Source of the DNA: Verrucomicrobiia bacterium
Lineage (GTDB): Bacteria > Verrucomicrobiota > Verrucomicrobiia > Limisphaerales > UBA1100
Length of the DNA: 64,000 bases
NCBI GenBank assembly: GCA_014239365.1
Contig: JAAZZB010000044.1
Coordinates: 133,320-197,319 of the forward strand
Direction: 5' to 3'
The position numbers were made by a program, and so were the translations under genes. Below are positions 28,985 to 40,905 of this stretch, piece after piece. How positions within the stretch are numbered: position 1 is the stretch's first letter; each line of letters opens with the position of its first letter. A model generated the notes under the pieces. The model had not been told where the DNA came from, made no database searches, and saw nothing but the letters and a program-made list of their open reading frames with translations.

Positions 28985-30733
28985 TTACTCCCCCTCCATC
29001 GCTTCCACCAATTGCTTGACGAAGGCCTGCTCCTCGGGAGTGAAGGATTTTTTTAGGCGCGAGATACCAACTCCACGGTCCATGGTTCCATAGTGCCCAT
29101 AATATTTCTCACTCGTGTAAGCGAACCACTTGGCCCGGGTCTTCGTTTTCTTTTTTCGTTGGGCATCATTGGTAATCTTCTGAATCGTTTCCCACGACTG
29201 CTGGTATTCCCCCAGATTTGCGAGGGAATCTGCTGTTGCAGAGAGGGCCAGTGCTTGCCTGAGGGGATCCTTAATCCCTTCTGCCAACCCTAATTCCTGT
29301 TTCAAAAGAGCCGCCGCTCCTGTTTCGTCGCCGATCTGGTTCATCGCTTTCCTCACTTCCCGCAATCGACTCGCCAAGAATTGATCTTTTACCATGAAGT
29401 TCGGAATATGCTTTTCGTTGACGTTCATCGCTTCCGCTGCGGCCTCCTTTAATTTTTCGGCCGCCATTTCCTTGTCACCTGCTTCCGCATATCCGAATGC
29501 ACTTGCAATCAACACTTCCCGCTTGGGGCGAAACATATCCGCCACTTGGTCGGCCGCTTCATCCGCCAACTTCAGCGTTGCCAGTGCTGCTTCCTTTTGG
29601 CCGGCCTTCACTTGCGCCGAGGCAATGGCCCGCAAGGCCGGTTCCTTTGCCATACCGCCGCGCATTTGAGGCACCAACGCAAGGGCCTCGTCGATTTTTC
29701 CTGCCCGGGCCATTTCCACAGCAATGTCTCCCATAGCCTGTGACTTTGAAGAAAACATGGACTTGTCGTTTTTCAACACCTCCAAGGCCTCCTCGAATTT
29801 TCCTTTTTCAGCCAAACCCTCGGCAATTTTGCCATAAGCTTCAGCCTTCTTTTGGTCGCTCCGGCCGGGGAATCGCTTGACCCATTCCAAGGCGAACGCC
29901 ACCTCGCCTTCCTCGGCCATAATCACGGCGATATCCGTGCGCGCGGAGGCGTTCAATGTCCTTGTAAACATATCCTTGCCCGGTCGAATCAACCCCTTGG
30001 CTTTTTGGATTTCCCCGGCCCCAACCAATACCCGGGCGAGGCGTTTATAACGGCTGGCATTTCTAAATCCATTCTTGTCAGCCCGAATCGACTTTAAGGC
30101 CTGAGCGCCAGTCGTCACCGCCTGCTGCTTCTGACCCGCCGCCAACAGGGCGGAGGCAATTTCAATCAGGACATTGGCTGTTTCATTTTGTGGAATGTTG
30201 CGAGCCAATCCTCTGGCCTTTTGAAGCGTGGCCATGGCCGCGGCTGAATTGCCCTCCTTGGCCTGAGCCTTTGCTACCTGGCAAAGGGCCACGGCGCGAT
30301 CCCCCGCAGGCCCAATCCACTGAGCCACCTTCAAAGCCAGCGCCACATCACCCGCCTCCGCCGCGTTTTTCACCAAATAGACCAGCCCCATCGTTCCCTG
30401 TCCCTCCGAGGCAAGCAACGCCACCTCTGCCGCGGATTCCTGATCTCCCGCCTCCACCAAGGCCACCACCAATCTTGCCACGGCATCTCCGTAACGGCGC
30501 TTACCCTTTTCCTGCTGCAGAAAAAACAAAGCCAGATTCAGCGGGGTCTTTCCAGCGTCGGCTGCCTTGACTTCCTTCAATTTCGAAGCTGGCCGGCTGG
30601 GCCGCGTTGAATGGGATTCACCTGAATCGCCGCCTTCTTCTTCATACGCGTGATCGTGCCCGTGGTCATCTCCCTTGCCACAACCGATAAGAAACAGGCT
30701 GGTCATTAATATCGAAAGAAATGCGATCTTCAT
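28985..30733 (-). CDS. Lipoprotein with Ala-rich alpha-solenoid (TPR/HEAT-like) repeats
   Basis: Lipobox LFLIGC followed by a His/acidic linker (GDDHGHDHAYEEEGGD). A recurring motif of roughly 35-40 aa reads IAxxxAxAGxxxxA. It lies 6 nt upstream of the LRR gene, so the two are probably one operon. Confidence 0.55.
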   Translation of the reverse strand: MKIAFLSILMTSLFLIGCGKGDDHGHDHAYEEEGGDSGESHSTRPSRPASKLKEVKAADAGKTPLNLALFFLQQEKGKRRYGDAVARLVVALVEAGDQESAAEVALLASEGQGTMGLVYLVKNAAEAGDVALALKVAQWIGPAGDRAVALCQVAKAQAKEGNSAAAMATLQKARGLARNIPQNETANVLIEIASALLAAGQKQQAVTTGAQALKSIRADKNGFRNASRYKRLARVLVGAGEIQKAKGLIRPGKDMFTRTLNASARTDIAVIMAEEGEVAFALEWVKRFPGRSDQKKAEAYGKIAEGLAEKGKFEEALEVLKNDKSMFSSKSQAMGDIAVEMARAGKIDEALALVPQMRGGMAKEPALRAIASAQVKAGQKEAALATLKLADEAADQVADMFRPKREVLIASAFGYAEAGDKEMAAEKLKEAAAEAMNVNEKHIPNFMVKDQFLASRLREVRKAMNQIGDETGAAALLKQELGLAEGIKDPLRQALALSATADSLANLGEYQQSWETIQKITNDAQRKKKTKTRAKWFAYTSEKYYGHYGTMDRGVGISRLKKSFTPEEQAFVKQLVEAMEGE

Positions 30734-30877
30734 CGCCGAAAACTAACACCCCTCCGAGTAACTGCATACTGTAATTTTGGAGAAATTTTATAGTAGGCAT
30801 CGTTTCGGTGATGGCCGAAAATTTGTGGGAAATCGGCAGGCAACCAAAACGATGCCATAGCCACTATCAAACACCGG

Positions 30878-31285
30878 TCATTTGGAATCCGAAACATTCG
30901 GAAAATATTTCTGGGGAAACCCATCGAGTTTTTTGAGGACGGTGTCCGTGTGCACCAGCAACAAATCCTGTTCCTTGGCGATCGCCGCGAGAATTCGGTC
31001 GACCAAATCACCGTGCTCCCAATCCCATTGGCCGGCTTGTTGTGCGGCGTTGGCGGAAGGGTTTTCGAGCACGAAATTTTCCAGCGAATGCGGCAACCAT
31101 TTCGCGGGATCCGGCACGCCCGGTAACCGCCCGCGCTGCCATTTGAAAGAAATTTCCGACACGCTCAACGGGCAAAGATGGAACTCCGTGATTTCCTTAT
31201 CCAAGAACCGCCGCAATGTTGGCCGCATCGGCAGGCCGTGATAGCGCCGAAACCATACGCCCGTATCAAGCAGCGCCTTCATCAT
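30878..31285 (-). CDS. vapC: PIN-domain toxin (VapC-like)
   Basis: MMKALLDTGVW... carries the first acidic residue. GDLVDRILAAIAKEQDLLLVHTDT matches the DPxDRxLxAxA...T.D PIN signature. Overlaps the upstream antitoxin gene by 20 nt. Confidence 0.7.
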   Translation of the reverse strand: MMKALLDTGVWFRRYHGLPMRPTLRRFLDKEITEFHLCPLSVSEISFKWQRGRLPGVPDPAKWLPHSLENFVLENPSANAAQQAGQWDWEHGDLVDRILAAIAKEQDLLLVHTDTVLKKLDGFPQKYFPNVSDSK

Positions 31286-31496
31286 CCAAAGGCGCAAAGG
31301 CCGGCTCGTCCAAATTGACTCCGCGCAGGGAAGTGCGCTTCAAAGAGCGTTCCGCCACCGGCGGCTTGGCCTTGGCCACCGGCTCCAGTTTGCGCAGGAG
31401 AAAATGGCTCCCGCGCGCCACGCACTCGAAGGCATCCCCTGCCGTCGCCGGCTTGGGCAGCACTACCCGCCGCTTTTGATCCGCAATCACTTTCAT
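31266..31496 (-). CDS. vapB: AbrB/SpoVT (MazE/VapB-like) antitoxin
   Basis: The 76-aa protein opens with MKVIADQKRRVVLPKPATAGDAFECV, a swapped-hairpin beta-barrel motif. The C-terminus is disordered and acidic. It sits immediately upstream of the PIN gene. Confidence 0.65.
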   Translation of the reverse strand: MKVIADQKRRVVLPKPATAGDAFECVARGSHFLLRKLEPVAKAKPPVAERSLKRTSLRGVNLDEPAFAPLDDEGAA

Positions 31497-31544
31497 AGTG
31501 GGAATATCCCACCAAAGGTGGCCAGTGTCAAGAGGCAGCTAAAA

Positions 31545-32903
31545 TTACTTCAAAATCTTCACGCGGAATTTCACACGGTAGTTGCGCTGGGAGTCGTGCT
31601 TTTTGGGACGCGGCACGAGGATGAAATCGTCGGTGATGACGGGGCTGAGGTTGCCGCCTTCGAGGATTTCGATGTCGGTCACGCGCTGTGGAAGGAAAGC
31701 CACGATGGGGCGACCGCCGCGTTGGGAGCCGTTGTTGTTTACGGTGTCGAAACTTTTGGCGCCGTTGTTGGGTTTGATTTCGAGTGTGTAGGTGTTGCCT
31801 TCGCGGGTGAGGGTTTGACCGTAAGCGAGTTTGCCGGGGGCGAGTTTGGCGGCCCACTTGGGGTCGCCATAAAACGCGACTACATCGCGGTCGAACTCCA
31901 GCCCGCGCAGATCGCCGCGCGGTGTGGCGGAATCGTGCAGGCGATGGATGAGCGCGTGGTTGTTGGCGAAGAACGCCTCGTTCATCGTGTATCGGCCGGG
32001 TTGCTCCACGTAATAATCCAGCACGCCCCAGCCTTGGTAGCCGAACCACGTGGGCTTGGTGTAGCCGATCATTTGCATCACGCTCACGTCATTCATCCAC
32101 GCCAGCGCCATCGCGTCGGGCCCGTTGATGTTGCCCATCAAACAATTTCCGATCGGCAAATATACTTTGGGATTGGTGGACTTGATTTCAATCCGCTTGC
32201 GTTTGGTGTCCTCGCCAAACATCCGCCCATCCTTGGATTTGAAAAACCCGTTCCGATAACGAAACCCAATCTGCCAACCGCCCTCAGTCGCGTGGCCGGA
32301 CGTGATAAACAAATCCGGCTCGTAATCCGCCAGCACGTTTGCAAACGCCTCGGTGGTATCATCCGGCCCGCGCAATTGCTCCGCCTTGCCGCCGGGTTTT
32401 TTACGCACGAATTTATTTTTCACTAACTCATCGTACCACAACCCCTCCGTGACACACTCGAGCGCAATCTCCGTGCCCGATGCCACCTTGCGCACCGTAA
32501 GCGGCTTCGCGTGTTTGGCGATGGCGAGTGCATTCGCCGCATCGAACCCAGTGAGCACACCCCAAAACGTATCCGTGTACGGATCATTATCCAGCCGCCG
32601 CGTGAGCTGATGCACCGCCGTCACAAATGCCCCCGTCGCTTCTTTCGGCGTCGCCACAAAACAAGTGTACCGCGGAAATTGCCCGCGCAGTTCGCCGAGC
32701 GCACCGGTGACGTCGCCATCAAACTCGATGACCTTCGCCCCGTGCTTGTTCACTAACGCGGTGACGACCGGTTTCCAGTTCTTATCCGCGTGCGTCGCCT
32801 TCGAAACGACCACGGCATAATTCGCCTTTGCGGCCTTCGCCGCAAAACAAAAATTCGATGACGCCAGCGCCATCGCCAATGTGAGGATGAGTTTGTGTTT
32901 CAT
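31545..32903 (-). CDS. Secreted protein, possible clan-CD (gingipain/C25-like) cysteine peptidase
   Basis: The ATG at 32903 gives signal peptide MKHKLILTLAMALASSNFCFA. A candidate His-Cys dyad lies in the contexts DLFITSGHATEGGW and VYLPIGNCLMGNI. The family assignment is weak. Confidence 0.35.
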   Translation of the reverse strand: MKHKLILTLAMALASSNFCFAAKAAKANYAVVVSKATHADKNWKPVVTALVNKHGAKVIEFDGDVTGALGELRGQFPRYTCFVATPKEATGAFVTAVHQLTRRLDNDPYTDTFWGVLTGFDAANALAIAKHAKPLTVRKVASGTEIALECVTEGLWYDELVKNKFVRKKPGGKAEQLRGPDDTTEAFANVLADYEPDLFITSGHATEGGWQIGFRYRNGFFKSKDGRMFGEDTKRKRIEIKSTNPKVYLPIGNCLMGNINGPDAMALAWMNDVSVMQMIGYTKPTWFGYQGWGVLDYYVEQPGRYTMNEAFFANNHALIHRLHDSATPRGDLRGLEFDRDVVAFYGDPKWAAKLAPGKLAYGQTLTREGNTYTLEIKPNNGAKSFDTVNNNGSQRGGRPIVAFLPQRVTDIEILEGGNLSPVITDDFILVPRPKKHDSQRNYRVKFRVKILK

Positions 32904-32987
32904 TTGTAAATTTTTCGTACGCCTTATGGAGTGCGGTGGCAAGGGAAGCGCGACGGCGCACTCCAAAATGGCCCGGCAGCCTTCCCT

Positions 32988-33707
32988 TTATTTTTTCCCG
33001 CGCGCTTGGTCGCTCGTGGCCCAGACGAGTTTGCCGCCGCCGTTTTTATCAACTGTCTCCTGAATCCAACGGCTCACAAAAGCCACTTGGGGCGCGCGAC
33101 CGCCGCCGTGGGTGATGCCAATGAGCACGTCGCCGACCGTCTTGGAATGCAACAGCCACGGCGCGCCGCTGGTGCCGGCCTTGCCTTTGCGGTCTTTTTT
33201 GTTGGGCACGTTGAGGTTGTCTTTTTTGCCGCGGGCGGGGATGTCGCGCCACACGGCGTTGCCGGCGACTTTTTTCATGTTGATTTTTCCCAGCACTGCG
33301 TCGCGCAACAGCAGCACCGGCACGCGCTCTTCCGGCTTCACCGCGCGCGCGAGTTTCAGCAGCGCGATGTCCTTGTGCCCGGCGCGAAATACCTTGGCCA
33401 CTTTAACTTTTATTATTTTGCCCTTGGGCCCGGGAAAAATGATCCCCACTTTGCCGCCTTTTTGCGCGCGTGACGTGATGCAATGCGAAGCGGTCATGGC
33501 CCAACCCGGCGCGATGAGCACGCCCTTGCCCCCGCCGGTGTTGAGGCTGAGGTCTTTGCGATCGGCCATCAGATACGGCGACTTGCCGCTGACGACCATT
33601 TCATATTTCACCGGTGCCTTCGGCGCAGCAGGAACTTCGGCAAAAATTGCAGAAGCAAAAAAGAAACACGACAGCGCAGCAGCACTCCAAAAATAATTGG
33701 CTTTCAT
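32988..33707 (-). CDS. Secreted trypsin-like (S1) serine peptidase
   Basis: Signal peptide present. Catalytic His in WAMTASHC, Asp in DIALLKL and Ser in GTSGAPW. Confidence 0.7.
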   Translation of the reverse strand: MKANYFWSAAALSCFFFASAIFAEVPAAPKAPVKYEMVVSGKSPYLMADRKDLSLNTGGGKGVLIAPGWAMTASHCITSRAQKGGKVGIIFPGPKGKIIKVKVAKVFRAGHKDIALLKLARAVKPEERVPVLLLRDAVLGKINMKKVAGNAVWRDIPARGKKDNLNVPNKKDRKGKAGTSGAPWLLHSKTVGDVLIGITHGGGRAPQVAFVSRWIQETVDKNGGGKLVWATSDQARGKK

Positions 33708-33754
33708 AGCGAAAATTTTAATCGAATTCTAAGCGTGAGTTCAAGGGCAATCCC

Positions 33755-33808
33755 GGTAGGGCGTGCTCTCCGAGCGCGCCTTGGCGGTTCTGGAAAAACC
33801 GCCCTACC
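33755..33808. repeat. GGTAGGG...CCCTACC double-hairpin element (family D, copy 2)
   Basis: GGTAGG-[GGCGTGCTC TCCG GAGCGCGCC-type hairpin]-TT-[GGCGGTT CTGGAAA AACCGCC]-CTACC, with outer stem GGTAGGGCG/CGCCCTACC. Lies between two co-directional minus-strand genes. Confidence 0.65.
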
Positions 33809-34408
33809 TTAACTCCCCTCACCTTTTTCCACGGTGATGGTGATGGGCTCGGACACGGCGTGGTGAATGTTGCGCCCGTACATCAGCATCACGCGCACGC
33901 GCACGGTGTATTTGCCGGGCTTGGTGAGATACACATTGGAGCGCACGTAACGACGCAGTTCTCTATCAAAACGCGCTTCCTCGAGGCTCTTGATTTCAAT
34001 TTTGGAAATCTTTTTCTCGCCCTTCACTTTGGTCGCAGGGCCGGGCACGCCCACATTGGAGAGATGCCGCACCACGCCGGGCCCTTTGATCTCGAACATT
34101 ATATTGCGCAGCACAGCGGAGGGCGGCGGCATCTTTGCGCCGGGCGGCGGCTTGGGCGGCTCCACGCCCGGCGGCAATCCGGCAAAACCGCCGTCCTTCA
34201 ATTCCACCACCAACTTCAACGCCGTGGCGGCCGGCAAGTTGGCGCGGTTATCAAACTTGGCGGTCGCCAGTTTTTTATCCAGCACCACCCGCGCGTGCGG
34301 CGCGTGCGCGGTGATTTTAATGACCGGCCCAATAAAAGGTTGATCAGCATTTGCAAATTGCACCGCGCACAACACGCACGCGGCAATCAATAATGTAATC
34401 TTGTTCAT
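33809..34408 (-). CDS. Secreted hypothetical protein (199 aa)
   Basis: Signal peptide MNKITLLIAACVLCAVQFANA and a Pro-rich central loop. No recognised motif. Lies 6 nt downstream of the DUF1501 gene. Confidence 0.5.
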   Translation of the reverse strand: MNKITLLIAACVLCAVQFANADQPFIGPVIKITAHAPHARVVLDKKLATAKFDNRANLPAATALKLVVELKDGGFAGLPPGVEPPKPPPGAKMPPPSAVLRNIMFEIKGPGVVRHLSNVGVPGPATKVKGEKKISKIEIKSLEEARFDRELRRYVRSNVYLTKPGKYTVRVRVMLMYGRNIHHAVSEPITITVEKGEGS

Positions 34409-34414
34409 GATCGG

Positions 34415-35857
34415 TTAACTCAAAATATCCTTCACCACTTTGCCGTGCACATCGGTGAGGCGGAAGTAGCGGCCTTGGTAGCGATAGGTCAATCGCTCGT
34501 GGTCGATGCCGAGCTGATGCAAAATGGTGGCTTGGAGGTCGTGGACGTGCACGGGCTTGTCGGCGACGTTGACGCTGTAGTCGTCGGTCTCGCCATAAGT
34601 GATGCCGCCCTTCACACCGCCGCCGGCCATCCAATAGGTGAAGCAATTTGGATGATGATCGCGGCCGTAATTTTGTTTGGTGAGTTTGCCTTGGCAATAA
34701 ATGGTGCGGCCAAATTCGCCGCCCCACACGACGAGTGTGTCGTCGAGCATCCCGCGTTGCTTTAGATCACGTAGGAGCGCGGCGGTGCTCTGATCGGTAT
34801 CACGGCATTGCGCGGCCACGCTTTTGGGCGCATTGCCGTGGGCATCCCAGCCGCGATGATAAAGCTGAATGAACCGCACGCCGCGCTCGGCCAAGCGGCG
34901 GGCGAGTAGACAGTTGTAGGCATACCGGCCCGGCTTGGTGGCGTCGGGGCCGTACATTGCAAGCACGCTTTTGGGTTCGCGCTTGATGTCGATGAGCTCG
35001 GGCACGCTCATCTGCATTCGATAAGCCAGCTCGTATTGCGCAATGCGCGTGGCGATGGCGGGATCATTGAAACGGCCGGCCTGCTCACGGTTGAGTTGGT
35101 TCAACGCATCAAGCATCCGGCGGCGCTGAGCGCGCGTGACCCCGGCGGGATTGTACAAATCCAAAATAGGATCGCCCTGCCCGCGAAATTTCACACCCTG
35201 AAAACGCCCCGGCAAAAAGCCCGCGCCCCAAAGGCGATCGTACAACGGCTGGCCTTGTTTAGCCGTGCCATTGGAAGTCATCGCCACGAACGCGGGCAGA
35301 TTTGCGTTCTCGCTGCCCAGCCCGTACGCCGCCCACGCGCCCATGCTCGGCCGACCGGGAATCACCGAGCCAGTCTGAAACAACGTCGCCGCCGGATCGT
35401 GATTGATGGCTTCGGTGTACATGCTTTTTATCACGCACACGTCATCGATTTGCTTGGCCAAATGATTCAGTGGCGCGCTCAGCCACGTGCCCCCTTTGCC
35501 GTGTTGGGCAAACTTCAAACTCGTCGGCGCGCAGGGAAACGATTTTTGGCCGGACGTCATCGTGGTCTTGCGCTCGGCGGGGTAAATGGATTCCGGCACC
35601 TCCTCGCCAAACCGCTTGGCCAAGTGCGGTTTGTAATCGAATAGATCCATCTGCGACGGCCCGCCCGATTGGAATAAATAAATCACCCGCTTCACCTTCG
35701 GCGCAAAATGCGGCAATCCGTTCATGCCGCCAACAGCATTGCGGCCGGTGGATTTTGGCGCGGCATTCAGTAACGTGCCCAGCGCGATGGAGCCAAGCCC
35801 CAGCGTGCCACGCTCAAGAAACGCGCGCCGAGTTTGTTGGGTGTGGAAATCGGTCAT
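34415..35857 (-). CDS. DUF1501 family protein (Tat-exported), second copy
   Basis: The ATG at 35857 gives MTDFHTQQTRRAFLERGTLGLGSIALG (Tat motif). DUF1501 blocks VIYLFQSGGPSQMDLFDYKP and GGEFGRT...GRDHH. The ORF is open to 35953, through palindrome copy 4. Confidence 0.85.
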   Translation of the reverse strand: MTDFHTQQTRRAFLERGTLGLGSIALGTLLNAAPKSTGRNAVGGMNGLPHFAPKVKRVIYLFQSGGPSQMDLFDYKPHLAKRFGEEVPESIYPAERKTTMTSGQKSFPCAPTSLKFAQHGKGGTWLSAPLNHLAKQIDDVCVIKSMYTEAINHDPAATLFQTGSVIPGRPSMGAWAAYGLGSENANLPAFVAMTSNGTAKQGQPLYDRLWGAGFLPGRFQGVKFRGQGDPILDLYNPAGVTRAQRRRMLDALNQLNREQAGRFNDPAIATRIAQYELAYRMQMSVPELIDIKREPKSVLAMYGPDATKPGRYAYNCLLARRLAERGVRFIQLYHRGWDAHGNAPKSVAAQCRDTDQSTAALLRDLKQRGMLDDTLVVWGGEFGRTIYCQGKLTKQNYGRDHHPNCFTYWMAGGGVKGGITYGETDDYSVNVADKPVHVHDLQATILHQLGIDHERLTYRYQGRYFRLTDVHGKVVKDILS

Positions 35858-35914
35858 TGGATTATTGAATGGTGAGTAGTTGCACGATTGCACCCGGCAC
35901 CTTCGGCGCTTTGG

Positions 35915-35980
35915 CGGACTCGCAAGCTCGTCCCTCCAATATAGGTCGCACATTTCTGGAGGGACGAGCCTGCGAGTCCG
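35915..35980. repeat. Family A palindrome copy 4
   Basis: CGGACTCGCAAGCTCGTCCCTCCA (35915-35938), 18-nt loop, TGGAGGGACGAGCCTGCGAGTCCG (35957-35980). Lies between the PSCyt stop (36016) and the DUF1501 start (35857). Confidence 0.9.
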
Positions 35981-36015
35981 TCGGCGTTTTTAAGATGTTG
36001 GTTCTTCCTGTCATC

Positions 36016-38307
<2,292 letters not shown>

Positions 38308-38425
38308 AATGATTCAAGTGACCCAAAAGCCTAGGCAAACCCCGCCCAAACCTCAAGCTCGCTGGGTTGAAAAGGAATAGACCCGCACGCCGTCCATAGG
38401 ATTCAGCCGCCGAATGTCATAAAGG

Positions 38426-38490
38426 CGGACTCGCAAGCTCGTCCCTCCAAAAAACCTGCACGCCAATGGAGGGACGAGCTTGCGAGTCCG
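38426..38490. repeat. Family A palindrome copy 5
   Basis: CGGACTCGCAAGCTCGTCCCTCCA (38426-38449), 17-nt loop, TGGAGGGACGAGCTTGCGAGTCCG (38467-38490), a perfect 24-bp stem. Lies between the NHL gene stop (38512) and the PSCyt start (38307). Confidence 0.9.
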
Positions 38491-38511
38491 CGTCTAACAC
38501 GGCACGAACAA

Positions 38512-39531
38512 TCACACCTTCGTCAGCTTCGTCACGCGGCCGCCGACTACCCATTCTACGATGAAGATGTTCCCGTCTTTGTCGAAGCACGCATCGTGCG
38601 GGTGGATGAAGCGGCCGTTTTGCCATTGGGCGCGTTTGCCTCGGAAGCCGGCACTTAATGCTTTAGCGCGCCATTGTTCGTTATCCCCGAGGTGGGTGAT
38701 GACTTTGTTATTTTTGTCCAGCAACGTGATGCGCGCGTGGAGGTCGGGCACCATCATGATGTCGCCCTGCACGTCGATGTCGGCGGGGAACAGAAACCCG
38801 CCTTGGGTGCGGAGGTGTTTGCCGTTCATGTCGAACCATTGGAGGCGTTTGTTGGCACGATCGCACACGGCGAGTTTGGGCGTGCCGTCGCGGGCATCGA
38901 GCCATTGGCCGTGCGGCGTGCGGAATTTTCCATTTGCCGTGCCGCCGCCGCCGAGGGTGCGCACGTAGCGATCCTTTTTATCAAACTGATGAATGTAGCC
39001 ACCGCCATAACCATCGCCGAGGAAGTAGCCGCCATCGGGCGAGAAGCTCGCGTTGGTGGGGCGATAGCGGCCGGGATATTTGCCGCTGAGTTCGCCCAGC
39101 AGCTTTTGGCCCTTCTGCCAAACCACCTCGCCGTCCATTGTCATCTTGGTAAAGCTCATTCGCGCGTTGCTTGGCGAAAGGTAAAGGTACTCCGTGCCAT
39201 CTTCCTCGCGAATGTCGATACCGTGCCCGCTGCCCGCGTGGACTTTGCCCATCGATTTCACAAACTTGCCGTTCGGTTCAAAAACAATAATCGAATTCGG
39301 CCGACCTGTGTAAGTGATATAAATCAGCCCTGCCTTATCAACCGCCACCCCGTGCGTGGCGCCGCCATAAGAATGCCCCTCAGGCGCACTGCCCCAGCCG
39401 TGCTCCACGGTGTATTGGAAATCGCCCTTACCGAGCACAATAGCTTTCTTGTCTTTGGCGGTAATCAAATTCGGCAACGCCAAAGAAGCAGCAGCCGCGG
39501 CGGTAGTTTGAAGAAAAGTGCGTCGTTTCAT
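38512..39531 (-). CDS. Tat-exported NHL-repeat six-bladed beta-propeller (peptidylglycine amidating lyase-like)
   Basis: Tat leader MKRRTFLQTTAAAAASLALP. Repeated NHL-like blades: HGVAVDKAGLIYITY, GHGIDIRE, PHGQWLDARDG..LAVCDRANKRLQWF, PADIDVQGDIMMVPD and HPHDACFDKDGNIFIVEW. Confidence 0.7.
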   Translation of the reverse strand: MKRRTFLQTTAAAAASLALPNLITAKDKKAIVLGKGDFQYTVEHGWGSAPEGHSYGGATHGVAVDKAGLIYITYTGRPNSIIVFEPNGKFVKSMGKVHAGSGHGIDIREEDGTEYLYLSPSNARMSFTKMTMDGEVVWQKGQKLLGELSGKYPGRYRPTNASFSPDGGYFLGDGYGGGYIHQFDKKDRYVRTLGGGGTANGKFRTPHGQWLDARDGTPKLAVCDRANKRLQWFDMNGKHLRTQGGFLFPADIDVQGDIMMVPDLHARITLLDKNNKVITHLGDNEQWRAKALSAGFRGKRAQWQNGRFIHPHDACFDKDGNIFIVEWVVGGRVTKLTKV

Positions 39532-39652
39532 AATGTGTGTGGTTTAACGTTCGGTGGAGTTTCCCCCGTGAAGCGCGGATGTGTCAACTCTCTGGAGTGC
39601 GGCGCAACCGCCTCCACCCACATAACTCAACTGCAAAAGACCCAAGTCACTG

Positions 39653-39689
39653 CCTTGAAATCTCGGTGATGAACACCGAGATTTCAAGG
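39653..39689. repeat. 37-bp palindrome CCTTGAAATCTCGGTG-N5-CACCGAGATTTCAAGG (family F copy 1)
   Basis: Perfect 16-bp stem with loop ATGAA. A near-identical copy lies at 40906-40942 on the other side of the ATPase gene. Both are preceded by CACT. Confidence 0.85.
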
Positions 39690-39692
39690 TAG

Positions 39693-39729
39693 ATAAAAAA
39701 GCCTTCGGCGACGTTTTAGTCGCCGGAGG
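39693..39729 (-). terminator. Rho-independent terminator of the AAA ATPase gene
   Basis: On the minus strand: CCTCCGGCGAC-TAAAAC-GTCGCCGAAGG followed by CTTTTTTATC, starting 7 nt after the stop codon. Confidence 0.7.
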
Positions 39730-39735
39730 TGTGGA

Positions 39736-40893
39736 TCACAGCCGTTTCACATCCTGCAAAATACGCGAAGCGGCCACGGCTTGAATTTTGTTCGTCAACG
39801 GGAATGTCTGGTCGCCGGCGTGGATTACTTGCAGTTTTGACAGCTTCAAATCCGCCAGCGCGTGGTGCATCGAAGCTGTCACGGAAGGGGCCGTTGTGTA
39901 TTTCACTTCAAACCCCAGCCGCCGCCGGCCGCGCACCACCAGCAAATCCAATTCCGCTCCTCCGTGCGTGCCCCAGAAAAAACACTCTCCCGAGGACGCG
40001 CCCAAACGGCGGATGATTTGCTGCACGATGAACCCTTCCCACGACGCGCCCACTTTTGGATGCGAATCCAGATCCGGCTGCGTGGGCAGATTCAACAGCG
40101 CGTGCAACAGGCCGCTATCGGCCACGTACACTTTGGGCGCTTTCACCTGCCGCTTGGAGATGTTCGCGTACCACGGCTGCAACTGCCGCACCACTAACGC
40201 TGCTTCGAGCCGATCGAGATAGCCGCGCACCGTCGTATCCGCCACGCCAAACGCGCGTGCAAACTCCGAGGCATTCCAAACTTGCCCGTGATAATGCGCC
40301 AGCATCGTCCAAAACCGCCGGAGCGTGGACGCGCCAATATTGATTCCCAACTGCGGCAGATCGCGCTCCAGAAAAGTTTTAATGAACTGCTGTCGCCAAG
40401 CGAGACTGTCGCGCTCCGTTCGCGCTAGAAATGCACGTGGAAATCCGCCGCGCCGCCATAGCTTGCGCACTTGATCGCCCTTCACCTCGTCCAATCCAAA
40501 GCCGGTCATCTCATAATACGCAATGCGCCCGGCCAGTGACTCCGCGGTTTGTTGCAATAGCTCCGGCGACGCACTGCCGAGCACCAGGAAACGGCAACGC
40601 CCGCGCGGCCGATCCGCCAGCACGCGCAGCACTTTGAACAGCCCCGGCATCATTTGCACTTCATCCAGCACCACCGTGCCCTGCAACCCTCGTAGCGCCA
40701 GCATCGGATCGCCGAGACGAGCGACATCCGCCGGATCCTCGAGGTCAAACCAATGCACCGGCCCCGGCTGGGCACGCGCCAGCAGCCGTGCCAGAGTGGT
40801 TTTGCCCACCTGCCGCGCTCCCAGAACACCCACTACGCGATGCCGTTTCAACAGCCCACGCAGCGCCTCCCGGTCATATTGTCGCTGAATCAT
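39736..40893 (-). CDS. AAA+ ATPase with DUF4143 C-terminal domain (COG1373-like)
   Basis: Walker A GARQVGKTTLARLLA, Walker B VVLDEVQ, and a DUF4143-type middle region (FWTMLAHYHGQVWNASEFAR, a wHTH-like VADTTVRGYLDRLE). The C-terminal segment GAELDLLV...GFEVK is restriction-endonuclease-like. Confidence 0.85.
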   Translation of the reverse strand: MIQRQYDREALRGLLKRHRVVGVLGARQVGKTTLARLLARAQPGPVHWFDLEDPADVARLGDPMLALRGLQGTVVLDEVQMMPGLFKVLRVLADRPRGRCRFLVLGSASPELLQQTAESLAGRIAYYEMTGFGLDEVKGDQVRKLWRRGGFPRAFLARTERDSLAWRQQFIKTFLERDLPQLGINIGASTLRRFWTMLAHYHGQVWNASEFARAFGVADTTVRGYLDRLEAALVVRQLQPWYANISKRQVKAPKVYVADSGLLHALLNLPTQPDLDSHPKVGASWEGFIVQQIIRRLGASSGECFFWGTHGGAELDLLVVRGRRRLGFEVKYTTAPSVTASMHHALADLKLSKLQVIHAGDQTFPLTNKIQAVAASRILQDVKRL

Positions 40894-40905
40894 CCAAAAA
40901 CACTA

